From Botryllus schlosseri (lineage: Eukaryota), in contig CM119378.1 of the NCBI GenBank assembly GCA_051294905.1, positions 4,280,001 through 4,344,000 on the forward strand: a stretch of 64,000 nt of DNA, read 5' to 3'. The stretch's first letter is position 1. Each line of letters begins with the position of its first letter. The notes beneath the pieces were generated by a model. That model was not told the origin of the DNA and ran no database searches. It saw only the letters and a program-made list of their open reading frames with translations. Shown here one piece after another: positions 1 to 12,876 of this stretch. A program made the position numbers and the translations under genes.

Positions 1-420
1 CGGCGCCAGCCATTTAGGCGCCTATGAACAATTGAACATGGACAATTACACATATATGTATTTGTATATATATCGAAGTTTTCGGTCAGCACGCGGGAAG
101 TCTTTTTCGCCCAAGGTTTTCTCACTGCTGATCGTTCTGGCGCACTTCTTGGAGTCGCATGTTACATAGCCTTTTACTTGGCGCGTCATGGTGCGGTAAT
201 GGCCGACACCCAACTGTCCATTTCTACAAATCATGCGCATTTTTTGTTGGGAAAGGGTATCCAATTATCAAGATATCTGACAATAATAAATCGCGCGTAG
301 CGCGAAAAGAAATTTTCAAAAATACACCATGATTTATGTTAATTCCCGAAATAATTTAGGGCCCCCTTCGAGCTCGGCCCCTCCAATTGGGGGGTTTGGG
401 GTGCGACAGTTACGGTCCTG
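1..420. mobile_element. Terminal part of the same hAT family, cut by the window edge
   Basis: Reverse-complement match to 60342-60734; ends CAGTTACGGTCCTG. Confidence 0.85.
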
Positions 421-734
421 AGTAAATCTTACGCAATGTTCAAGCCACGCGGAGAAGACTATTCGTTAGTTTCTCGCAGATTAACTTCGAGCTAGCCCAT
501 TTATTGTTATTTATAACTTTGTTAAACCATGCTATTTCGCCATTCCCAGAAAATAATGCGCGATTGAAATGATATCAGTATCGCTCACGCGTACGAGTCC
601 ATACTAAAAAAATATCTTCCGTGAGGCGCACGTGATTGTAAATTCTCATTTATGCACGGAGCGCAGTATTTACTTTTGCGGGTCGCACTTGTACCTCGGA
701 TTCATACTTCAGTGATAACACTTTTTGGCCCTGG

Positions 735-915
735 CAATGTTCCATCTTACTTCTCACGAGTCTGCGCGCCTGTGTGGTCCATAGGACAACAGTGCGCAAC
801 GACTATAAAAAAAAACATCATTTCGGATTTTTTGTGCGCAGCGTAGATTTTCTGTGCGCAGAGACCGTTTCAGCACTGCGCATTTGCGCACGTGCGCAGC
901 TTAGAGGGAACATTG
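735..915. mobile_element. hAT MITE with TGCGCA-rich interior
   Basis: Ends CAATGTTCCATCTTA/TTAGAGGGAACATTG. Fragments also at about 5178-5225 and 7107-7170. Confidence 0.75.
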
Positions 916-3532
916 ACCCCTAGTGTACATTGTACAATGTACATATAAATAGGACACGGGGTATACAAAGTACATTTATAACGTAAGTCAGCATATCGTT
1001 GGAGATGATACAACCAAGATTATAGTAAGGAAAGCTATTGCATGGACATGAAAGTATATCTGTCGGCGTGGTAGATGCCCGCTGTTCCAGAAAACGTTCG
1101 TTTTTTGTGATTGAACAAAAATATCGAGACGTGGCGAATACGGTAGACTAGCGTTATTGTAGGTTCATTTGTTTTGATTACGCGTTTACTGCATATATTA
1201 ATGTATACGATATATTGATATGTGAGGTGTGCAGTGCACTCTGCGAAGCGTTAACGGTCAAAGCTTGTAATCGGTGCGCATCGAAGCGGGATGTTTGCAG
1301 GGAAACGTATTAAACTTCCTGGCTGTAAACATATAGGCCTACCCTGAAGATGCGGAATTTGCGTTATCCCGCAAGTACGTTCCATTAAAATCGGAAAATG
1401 CCAGCAATAATGACTAAGTGATAGTCTTTATGCATCAGTGACTTTCGACAAGCCGAGGTAGAAATTCTAAATAAAGTTTTTTGTTTTAATAAATTGTATT
1501 AACGTTTAGATTCATAGAATTTCTCAAATTATATGCTCATAGCTTCCTTTAGTCCGCGTCACACTCGATTGAACTTCTGGCTCTAGAATGTTTGTAATGA
1601 CAGGAAACGATATGGGATTTATGCGTGGTTGTTGGGAAACGAATCAACAAACCAATGCAGCTATTTACATTGTCAGAAGTTACATGCTGTATGAAGCGTT
1701 ATATGGTCATCAATTTTTAAACTTATGTGTATATATATAAATTCTGTTCAAATAGAGCAGTTAAAATAGTGTGAGCGCGATAGATAAATCAAAGTGCATA
1801 TGTATATTGAAGTAATGGCATTGACATTATCTATATCACGCATAAAAATAGTCAGTGGGACCTACATGTAATAAATAAAGCCTATACATGCGACTCCGTG
1901 TGATCGAAAGGGAATTTTGGTTACTGAGTGTATGATGCTTTTACCAATCAATCATACTCGGTCCGGTTATTATTAGCGTCCTACGTTACTGTATTACTTC
2001 GTTCAAAATACGTAGAAACCGCGTACGCACCATTCAATATTGAATATAGCCTACTCAATCCGTGCATCTTTGTCGTGAATATTTGAGTATTTTCCTTTGG
2101 TTGATGTGTCGAGAGATACTATATTTAAAACTCTGGCGAAGCGATCATGGATGTAAACTGTGTCTGCGTTATCATTGAAAAGCTTCTGTTTATCTGGTCA
2201 CAATCGATGTTTCCTGCGCGCGATCGATCCGGAAAATCTCGTACAGTGATGAATCTAATGTCGTCGTCTATGTATGTTATGCTGTTACAGCCGCGGAAAG
2301 TTGACATCAGTGTCGCAAAAGGAAGGGTTAGGAATAAAGTACTTTTAATATCCGACACGGCTTGTTCTGCTAATAACCCTCGCGCGCTCGTTTTGGTTCC
2401 TTGATGAGGTTTTTATGTTTCTTTGAATATTGAATCGATTACGGATTTGAAATCTCCATTACGAGGTATGGGATTACGTGTCGACCATATACATCAAAAG
2501 CAAGTTAATGCGACTATCAGACTGGATAAATATGTTATAGCCTTTTCGAAGGGATATATTAGTAAGAAGGTGCTTATAAATATCATTTTAGCTGTGGATT
2601 GAATGTGCGTCTTGATTGAATAGAACGGGATGCGTTGCAAACCTGATGTATATATATTATATAGTATACACTCAGCTGTAGTGGTTGGTAGTTGTGTGCT
2701 GTAGTAGTTGGTAGTTGGTAGCTGGATCGCTACCTTCCGGTATCGGAAATAACCCGCAATCATGAAGTGTTAAATCCCTCGAGGTATCGCTACCCCAATG
2801 CCATATGGTACCCGGAAGCCAAACAGCGCGTGAGCACATTTGTTGCAGAAAAGATACATTTTTTATTAGCACATTTCTGCAATTTCGTCTATATGTCGGA
2901 TTGTTTGATTGAAATCGTTCGCAGAAGGAAGGACATATATAGTCTATAATCAGGGTTGCCATAGCGTCCTTATTTCTAAGATTTGTCCTTATTTTGAAGG
3001 GCCACGTCTTAGAAAACTCAACTGTCCCTATTTCTAAGAAATGTCCTTATTGTCGACTTGCGTCCTTATTTTTTCTTATTTCCAACCACTACAGAACTTA
3101 GATTGTTTTCCGCTGGTATCTGTGTTGCATAAAATTCTAAAATGATGCTTTTGCGTCGAGATTTTATGACATCGTAAATGAAAGTAGCTCTCGTGACGTA
3201 CGCACCACAAGATTTAACTTCTAAGTGGTGAGATAGCTAGGGTAGTGAGTGGTGGTATAGCAGTTTCGTCTGTACCAAGCTACCGTAGCGGACGTCATTT
3301 TAGCAGTAAACATCAGCAGGCTACCAGGTTCCTGCTGTTTGGTCTCCAGCATAGAATTAGCTCAAGCTGTGGGGAGGGCAGCATTTATTGCGTAGTGAAG
3401 AAGGCGCATGCAGTGCAGTCGACACATTGGTTAAACAGTAGTAAAGCTATAAAACATTGATAGATTTATCTAAATCATATTGCACTTGCGCATATAGTTT
3501 TAGCTACTAATAAGGATAAATCTGATTGGTTA

Positions 3533-4330
3533 ATGAGCAGGCGTAAAAACGTTTTTCCTGACGATTATGAGAGGGGATTCAAAGGTTTGAAGGGCGAGTG
3601 TTTCGTACATAGCAATATCTGCAATTGTGACATTAATCCGGAGACCATAGGAAAGACCGCTATTTCAACTCACATTCATACCCCAAAACACAAAATATGT
3701 GTCTTAATGATTAATTTGAGCCAGTCGATGGATAATTTTTCCACAAGTCGATCAGCACGAACGACCACAGACTACAAGGCAGCTGCTGTAGAGCAGTAGT
3801 TCTCAACCTTTTTTGAGACACTCCCCCTTTATGATATGAAAAATTTCTCGCCCCCCTTATCGCCATATCACAAAATCCAATAGGGATGATAGCAACCCCA
3901 GCAGATTGTTTGATGGCATGGAATGTTATGAATGTTGGTGAGAGAATTAAATAATGTAAAATTCGGTCTACATATAGAGAAAAACGCGTGAATTGTAGGT
4001 AAATCGCGCTGAGCGTGAATTTTCTTTCAGTTGACGGCTTCTTCGCGCCCCCTTCAGATGCTTTCACGCCCCCAGGTTGAGAACCACTGCTGTAGAGGAT
4101 ACCTGGGCATTCCATACTGTCAAACACTAGCAACCATTCCTCGCCAACGATTGCACTTCGCAATTGCTCAAAGCAATATTTCCCGATTCCAACATCGCAA
4201 ATAACTTTTTGTCGGCCAGGACCAAGACTATAAGCATTGTTACTGGAGTTCATGCTCCATACGCTCAAAAATGATTGTGTCTAAACTTGCTGTACTGCCA
4301 TTTCCATATTGGTTGACGCCTCTAATCGAG
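3533..4330 (+). pseudogene. Disrupted N-terminal hAT transposase fragment
   Basis: Decayed zinc-finger-like ICNCDI...GKTAISTHIHTPKHK. After removing the nested MITE the frame continues AAAVE/DTWAFHTVKH*...NDCTSQLLKAIFPDSNIA...ARTKT, which is typical of hAT transposases. Confidence 0.7.
3794..4089. mobile_element. hAT (Charlie/Buster-like) MITE nested in the transposase relic
   Basis: TIR CAGTAGTTCTCAACC/GGTTGAGAACCACTG, exact TSD CTGTAGAG. Confidence 0.92.
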
Positions 4331-5234
4331 GTGAAGAAGTTTGGGATATCAGCCTATGGGGGGCCCAAGACTAACGATTTTTTTTCGGGGGGGGGCGGCT
4401 GACGATGTGCTGTTTCGGCTCTAAGTAAAGGTAAACCTAGACCTGAACTGTCGTGAGAACCATGAATCACTTTCTAATGGCAATGAGTTGCTGAAGTAGA
4501 TTATCTCTGGCGCAAAGTATGGAATGTGATATGCACCGGCACGTATAAATACAAATTATGTACAAACGCTTTTTCATGCTAATCTAATTTTTCGACTGTC
4601 CTTATTTTTGGGTTCATGTCGATGGCAACCCTGTCTATAATTCAGTATCTGATTTTGGGAACAGTGCTAGACAGTGCGCAACGTATGTGACAACGCCAAC
4701 GAACAACCCTGTTGCTGTTTTGTGATGCGTGTGGTACAGTGTAGGCGAGACGGAACAAGGCTTACCGACTTCCATCGCCACCACTCCAACATAGCGTGTT
4801 CCGTATAGCGCAGTAGTTCCCAACGTGGGCGATATCAGGGGTGAAAATACCAAAGGGGGCGAAGGGGGATGAAAATTTTAGAACGACCAGTGAGATATAT
4901 TTGATTAACACGGTCAAAAATGCACGTGAAGCTGGCGTATTCTGCATGTGACGCGAAAAAATGTCAACTCAACAAATATTAGACACGGAAACCGATTTTC
5001 CTACCCCCCACCACCTCGAAAATATGGCGTTTGTAGTAGTTAAGTCACGAGCGATCTGAGTTAGGTAAATATATTTCCAGTTTATATGTCCACTTTTTCG
5101 GATCCGTAAATATGGGGGGGGGGGAGAAATTTGTGTCGAGTTTGATAATGGGGTGATGAGTCGAAAAAGGTTGGGAACAATGTTCCCTATGATTTTTCAC
5201 GAGTCTGCGCGCACTCACCAGCTCACAGCGCGGT

Positions 5235-5397
5235 CATCGTCATCATTGGTTTATAATTAATTTTAGAAGTTCCATACACCACAAAATGCGATACAATGAA
5301 ATGAAAGGAAGGTGTCGAAGCGACTTGGAGTAGTCTATGGAATCAGACACCCACCTTGGCCTAGGCGATGTATAGAGGAGGCATGCGCAATTGCACA
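5235..5397 (-). mobile_element. LINE 3' UTR-only fragment (further fragments at about 12055-12435 and 27937-28054)
   Basis: Shared block GGTGTCGAAGCGACTTGGAGTAGTCTATGGAATCAGACACCCACCTTGGCCTAGGCGATGTA. Confidence 0.85.
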
Positions 5398-8162
5398 TGT
5401 ACAAGTCTGCTTGCAGGTACATCTCGTGGTTTTAATATAGAAATTTAAGTTCCATAACTGAAATGCCTTTGCGATCCATTTTATAAGGTTCCATGCTGGT
5501 GCGCAGCCCATGGGTTAAATTCCCTTCTCGATTGATGTTTGTGTACGTCAAACGCAGTAAACAAAAGTTAATCAGGCTCCTTGTGTCTTGTTCCCCGATG
5601 ATTTTGGTGCACCTCTATTTGTAGTAATAGATTCAAACGTACCGCGTGATATGAATTCGCAACCGCAACATGTCCGGCACCATGATTGGATACGGTTATT
5701 CAAACACGGTTTCAATCGAGACAATCGCGCAGTACAAGATTGTACGACGAGACATGATATCGCGAATCGTGTTCAAGTATACTTGCTGCATACTGCCAGT
5801 AGTGCACGGCTCTTTTTCAATCTTGTAACGAGTCGCGATACGCATTCCCAAACAGCCTGCACTGGCGTGCGTTAAAAATTCATTGATATCGATGAGTTTA
5901 TTTACTGTACAATGGACAATGGACATATGTCCTCAGTGACGCAATAAACATTTATGTTAATTTACGACTTTTCCAATATAATCGTCGCAACATGCCATAA
6001 GCAACGTTGCTGGAGGATCAGAATTCGGACAAAAATCTTCAACAATACCATCAGCATTTTCAATCAATAGCCATTCACCGTTCACCAGCTTTACTCACAA
6101 TGAGATTGTGAACGGTTTGTATTGAGTTACGAGGTGTAGTTTGGGCTTATGCTGCTTACCTGTGCGCGGTCATTATAAAACCCGCCAGTCGCATTTAGCT
6201 CATGTATGAAGTATGATTGATTATTATATAAATTCGTTACAATAACGACATACAGCTTGCAAGTCGACATACAGTTCATCAGGTAATGTCTGAGCTATAT
6301 AGCAGAGTTTAACGGAAAGGTTCAACAGTCAATAAGGTGGTTAGAATATATCTATTCTTATTGAAGTTCTGTCGGAATCGCTTCCATTTGCAAAATCTAT
6401 TAAAGTGCGAACGATGAGTCTCATGCTCGGAAAAGACGCGTTTCCATTGTAACCCGCGACATGAAAGTACTTGTTAAATTTCGCCTATGTTGTATATTCA
6501 ATGATTGATGGATTTCATATTCGAATGCCAATAAAGCAAGAATGTCGATGAGACCAAAGCAAACAGCGCTATATTGGCATATGCTTTCCAACCGCGCCCA
6601 TAACCAGGCGACACTTAGCCGGATCCGTGAGTGGTTAATTACTGTGCGTTAACCAAAGGAGCTCATCGTTGCAGGCGGTCTAGTAGATGTTAAGTTTGCA
6701 GTTTTCTGGTTGAACGGCTTTTCTTTGCTAGTGCAGATAATATTCATCTGACAGACATGCTGCATATATATAGTTTTGATTGTACGGTTTTAGACAAACT
6801 GGCATCACAATTTTGGCCATGTTTCTGGACTTTCCAATGCCATTGTACTCGTATAAGCAAAGTATACGACCACACGGGATGTGTCTACGCTACAATATTG
6901 ATCGGACAACTGTTAAACTCTGCAAAGCATGTATCAAGGGTGGGCAGACCTGTTTCGTGCGCGAGCCGCATATCAAAAATCCTAGTGTTAATGAGCCACA
7001 GCACAAAAATGAGGATTAATTACGTCACGATGTAATGTCGGCCATCGAATGAAGTTTATTATTGTGTGGTGCTGGTGATGTGGTGCGTCTCCGCTTGGGC
7101 TGCAAGCAATGTTCCCTCTAAGCTGCGTGCGCGCGCGCGCACTGCTGACAAAGGCTGCGCGCACAGGAAAATGTGTGCCGCTCACAAAAAACATCCACCT
7201 TCGGTTCGAAAAAAATAATCAGACGATGCGAAACCATCTCTTGTTGTAGAAAATGTATTAAAATGCGATAAAAAAAAACTCGAGTCCGTCGCAGCGAGCG
7301 CCAGTGTTTCGCGAAATTCGGGGAAATCGGGAGTCGAGTCAAAGTGGAGTCGTGATCAACCCTTAGCATGGAATAGATATTGTGGAAAAGTACCAAATAA
7401 TCTTTAAATTGACGTATAACCGGCATTATATTCTTTGTAGTCGCATAGTAGGTACATATTCGTGACCACAGTGTTATGACGTCATAATGAGTGATGCTCT
7501 ACACGACTCGCAGCCTAATCAGGTTCGAATCACCCAGATACTCGATAGTGTCCATCCAGCCCCGGTAACCATACCCACGAAAGGAATTTAGTCCGAGATG
7601 TGATGCACAAACGCTTTTAGATGATGCCATCATAGTGATGTAGGGGCAAACCAATAACGGGTTGACGATGCTTCGTATATTAGATTTACCAGGTTAAGTC
7701 GCTATTTATTATTTCAACCAGGTTGAGCTAATTCATGACGATAGCATTCCCGCGCAACGCGCAGTTTGAATCAAATCGGCTCAAGTACTTTTCGCGAAAG
7801 TGGTCACCCTGCAAATCGATATTCCGCCGGTTGATGGAATTCGCAAATGCAATCCGACTCCAAGACCGTGACCAAATTGTCCACATTACGAACGATTTTT
7901 CAATGAATTCATCGATTATTTAGTAACCTTCATGAAAGATTGATGCGCGCCCGAATAGATTGGCATGGGAAATCGACGATTTAACTAGATACAGTCTGGG
8001 TGTTCTGGCGAATCTCAGCCATACGTGGTCACTATAAATTGGTCGCATTAGAACCTACCATGACCGACGGACGCCTTGGGACGTTCTATACTGAATTACA
8101 GTCACAGACGGAAGCTCTATTCAGTAAATGGAGTCCTAATCATAGACCATATTGGTTTAGGT

Positions 8163-10162
8163 CAGTGTTTCTTAACCTTTTTTCCTCTAGCGCCCCCTTT
8201 CAAAAATTATCGTGCTCCAGCGGCCCCCACCTCATATTGTGAGGACTGTAATAAAGACAATGGGTGAGAGGGAGGGCCGTAACAGCACTTTGTCAGCCCC
8301 CCTAAGGAAACGATTGTCTTGGGCACCCATAGCGTGATAAACCAAACTCATGAGGGCATCGCCCCCAAGAACCCCGTCGCGTGGTTTCGATGGTCAGCAA
8401 AGTTTATGTGGCCTGGTCGCACTAGACGACAAAATTTTCTATAATGGATGAATGAAATAGGTTGTAATTGCATATATATTTCGCTATAATCTTTTTATCC
8501 TCTCAGCCCACGTAATAACATTTACCAGTAGCGCTGAGTGAGCTGTTGTATTGGAAAATGAAGGCCACGTAATTAATAATAATTGAACATATTCGGGCGT
8601 GCCCGTTGGTACAATTAAATCGTTACATGTTATTTTGTTACCTCTTGTCCGCTGCCTAGTCAAAAGATATTGAAACGCATAAACGTATTAAACTGAAGTA
8701 AGCACACGATTCAAAATTGGTATTTTAACTGGCAAATAATTTGTGTCTGATGGATGTTATTTGTCCTGTGGGGTGCAGATTGCGACGACATGATATTTCG
8801 GCACGAGCGATTTAAGCACCTGTGGACAATTTGACTTATATACATCGACGTTTGCGCTCAACATAAGAGCAATCCTCTTCGGCCAAGGCTTTCTCGCTGA
8901 CGGTCTTTTTGACACACTTTTCGGAGTCCCATATTCACCGGAACTTCATATATCTTCGTGCATCGTGGCGTGGTAATGGCCGACGCCGAAATGCCTATTT
9001 CTATTTTCTATAATTATGCGTATTCTTCCGTGGTGGAGTCGTCAAAACGTGATGTTTAATTTATGTTCATTCAACGAAATAATTTAGGGCACCCTTCGAA
9101 CTAACCGATTGGGGGTTTGGGTTGCAGCAGTTTCGGTCTTTGGTAAGAGGTCAAAGTTCAGCCGATCTTTTTGTGACTTTCGTATTGGAAATATTTCGCG
9201 CTTAATCGCGCTCGAGGACCATTCGACTATAATAAACTATATTATAGTTGTGTGTGGTATATTCAGGGTCAAATCAAGGTTGTTATAACAACAATCGGGT
9301 ACGGTCTCATACCCTGTGGTTCGAACCCTCCCGAATTCACATCGGCGATTGGCATTATGGGGAAATTAATGGTATTGGATTTTGTCTTAGTGCTTTGTGT
9401 AACTATAAGTAAGTCAACTGAAAATGTGATGCATATATCTGCTCACATTGAACTTACTACTGTACCCAGTTATTAATTTTAACAAGAATGTATTTCGATC
9501 AAAGCAACTCATATTATATAACGTTCTTGTGAGGTTGTGAACCACAACTCGAAATATTATCATCCTTTATGATACGATGAAGAAATATTCTGACGATTTA
9601 ATTGTGTAGCTCTCAAATACAAGTATATTTAGTTATTCATTTCGTGTACAAAGCTTCAAAACTTATTTTATGCACAAAGGGATCTCACTCTCAATCAAAA
9701 GGGATATACAGTGCCTCCTTTTTCGATTTTCACACGCTGTTCGCTGCGGGATATGATACCTAATTCGAAACATTTTGTTGAAAACAACCCTAGCAAGCGT
9801 GACGGGAGTGTTTTAAATAACGGAAAATTGGCGATCTAAAAGTACGCGCAATTCGTTTTATAAGAATATTAATAACCCAGTACATTTATGAAAACATTTG
9901 TAGCAAACATCGCCGCGTAGCGCGACCAAAAATTTCGTGATTTGACATGTTTTGTGGAATGTTAATTTGTTCTGAATACTCATTAAGGACATCTCCTACC
10001 ACATCATCTACGGCGAAGCCATTTTTCTTCAGCGCCCCCGTTATCGCCCCCTGAGCCCAGCTCCCCCCATATCGCCCCCTGAGCGTTTCCGCCCCCTTCA
10101 AAATCGTCAGCTCCCCTTGGGGGATGGGGGATGGGGGCTGGAGGCAAGGTTAAGAACCAATG
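8163..10162. mobile_element. Charlie-like non-autonomous element with a nested insertion at 8272-9142
   Basis: Ends CAGTGTTTCTTAACC/GGTTAAGAACCAATG, 6/8 TSD. The inner element has a 7/8 TSD GTGAGAGG/GTAAGAGG. Confidence 0.7.
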
Positions 10163-11939
10163 GTTTCGATGGAAGCAGCTGTATATTGGTATTTCGGGCT
10201 AGACACAATGATTCGAGTATCCGAATCTAGTATTAATTGTAATGAAGTGAGACATGATCGAAGACTGAAATTTTACGCTCCTTTCCACTAAGATTTGATT
10301 TATCAACGAGAATTATAATTTTTTTACTATCATGCCGAAGCATCGAGACCTCGATTGGCAGTATCACAGCATACAAAATGGGTATAATAGGCCCATATGC
10401 ACGTTAGTGAAAATGATATTGCTGTGAAGTCGGGTTCAACCAGAGCATTGTCATAAAATAAAATGAAATAAAAACTACCAAATTATGTCTAATGTGATGT
10501 ACAACTGGCATCATTTTCTGCATCGTTCATGAAAGGTACATTTTTTAACTTACAAGTCATTCATACTCCCATGACGTCATAGTGAGTAAAACCAGACTAT
10601 ACTCAACTCGACTAGAACCCAAATACACTCGATTCACACGATTCAGTATCAAGTGCCCAGGCACATAAATTTGCCATGTCCTAATTGGTATTACCTAGTA
10701 ATATTGTCAACAATGGTGGGGTACCGCCTCGTCTAATATGGTACGGGTGCATCGGAGATTATAAAATACGTGCATTTTTATATCTTGAACATCGAACGCA
10801 TACCACAGAGTAAAATATTCGTCTGATAGGCGTGATCGGTTTCGAGTATTTAGGTTTCGAATATTGTTGTCCGCTTCATAACAGTCTGTCTGTAGAGATA
10901 TCAATTCACGAGCGTTCTCTGCAAGGATTAAAAATACTGGTCACCATGTCCTGGAAAATCTGCATAGTGTGTCTTGGCGTATTTTCACGAAACAATGCTG
11001 TACATATGGAGATATATGCAGTTTTATCGATCGACTATGCCAGTGAGTATATTCAATGCAAGTGTAAATTGAGACTGTAAAGATGTGCAAACTTGTAATC
11101 CATCTAATTTTGCGCGACTCCTCCCGCGAATCAACAACCGGTGTATCCGATAATGAGCGATACGTCGGAATGTCGAGTTATGATTTATAGATGAGAATAT
11201 CAAACTTTCATGAATGAGACTTTGATCCACGACCAAGCCCCAGCGAGGATTATGTTGTTTATCCTTTCTACGTGCTTCCGCATATTGACCGATTGGGCGA
11301 ATGACATTCCTGATTTCGTATATACAAGACGCGTACTAGGCGTGTAGAGAAGCGCGTCACGCCGGCGTGGGAGTATTGACGCTATTTGCCGAGACAACGT
11401 ATCTACGCTCGGTCGCTCGCGCATTCCGTTCCAACGGCCGTAACTGTGAATTATTAACCCCGAGCTGAAAGAAATGCGCAGCGCCCAAGATGGCTCGCTC
11501 TCGAACTGTCACCTTTGCGACACCAGTAACGTGGCTGGATGTTCCCTCTAAATTCGGCGAACCTTTCGTGTGTAGTGAATGGATGAGCGACGCGGTATAC
11601 GTTCAAAATCGCATGAATTTCTGCGAATTATTACGCCTTCTAGCACGCAGTGGTTACGCCGCGAATCCTCAAAAGCGTGTCGGTTATTGCTACGCACGAA
11701 AGTTGTAGTTTATGGGCCAGCATTTCTGTTGAGATGCGGATAATATAGTATGCCTAGTCGAGCGAACCGTGTTCAAGTGGTTATGCATTCGCAGCATAGA
11801 ACACATCCACTACCAACATAATTGGTACGAGTGTCACGGAATCGTGGGATGAAGCCGCGGTATTTCGTGGAAATCAGTTATACGCGCGTTTAAGTTGTGA
11901 ATGTTGTAGAATCGCTTGAGGGCAATAGCTCATTGATGT

Positions 11940-11979
11940 CCGGGATATCTATATATCTATCCAGTTCTAGATATCCCTG
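11940..11979. mobile_element. 40-bp micro-MITE
   Basis: TIR CCGGGATATCTA/TAGATATCCCTG, exact TSD ATTGATGT. A relative lies at 26204-26274. Confidence 0.75.
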
Positions 11980-12876
11980 ATTGATGTAAACAGCTGTAGG
12001 CTCAGTTTCGCCGCAAATGTAACCGATTCTTATTCATTATCAGTATCAGTATCTTAATAATATTATCATTTCAAAACACCACAAGACTGCGATAGCAAGG
12101 TGTCGAAACGACTTGGAGTAGTATTTGAAATCAGACACCCACATGGGCCTATAGGCGATGTAAATAACAGTCATGAACATCAACATGGCACGCTGGATGG
12201 AAAGACATAAGCAAGGCATAACATAAAACGTGATGAAAATGAATGACGCATGTGTCAACATACAAGGTTGATATATCAGATCGAGGTCAGGAAATCTTGA
12301 AGGCTGACTAGTAATTATTCAGTGAAAATTGCTTGTATTTTGATTTGAATGTGGGCGCTGGACAGTGGACATGTTCGACCCTGTCGGATAGCTGGCGAGA
12401 TGCTGTTACACAGTTGAGGTTCGGTATACTCGATTGAGTTACAGTGATGCGTATTCTTGTATTCCGTCCTGCACTATGATCATTAGGTATATTGGCTTGT
12501 AGGTTTCGGTTATTTTATCATGGCTGCTCATGATGGACTAGGTCTAGGTGTATTGTTATAGACGTGGGAAATTAATGGCCGGTGTCTGATAATTTCATGT
12601 TTGCACTAGTTGAGCTTTTAACACGGTCTATTGGCCGGAACAAAAAGACGATGGTGACGCAAACCATTCATTGGCACTACTTACTACTACAAGGATCATG
12701 TAGAGCAGGCGTAGGCAGAGTAAGCGTGGCTTGGTTAAAAGTTCCGGTATGTATTCCTACGTGTATGCAGGATTGCAAAATGACTCGTAACCATATCCTT
12801 TTCAATTATTCAGACTGTTACTTCGTACAATATGCGTTTGTTTTGAGCACCATTCCACTATCGTTCAATTCAAAGA

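Larger units (their letters stand above)
2951..4633 (+). mobile_element. Deleted hAT transposon with a transposase relic
   Basis: TIR CAGGGTTGCCAT/ATGGCAACCCTG, exact 8-bp TSD TCTATAAT, subterminal GTCCTTATTT repeats. Confidence 0.9.

Noticed and set aside
1341..1385. CCCTGAAGA-TGCGG...CCGCA hammerhead-like motif
   Set aside because: The GAAA box and stem I complement are absent. At best a decayed relic.
3711..4268. 185-aa minus-strand ORF
   Set aside because: It runs through a MITE and antisense to the transposase relic, with no recognisable domain.
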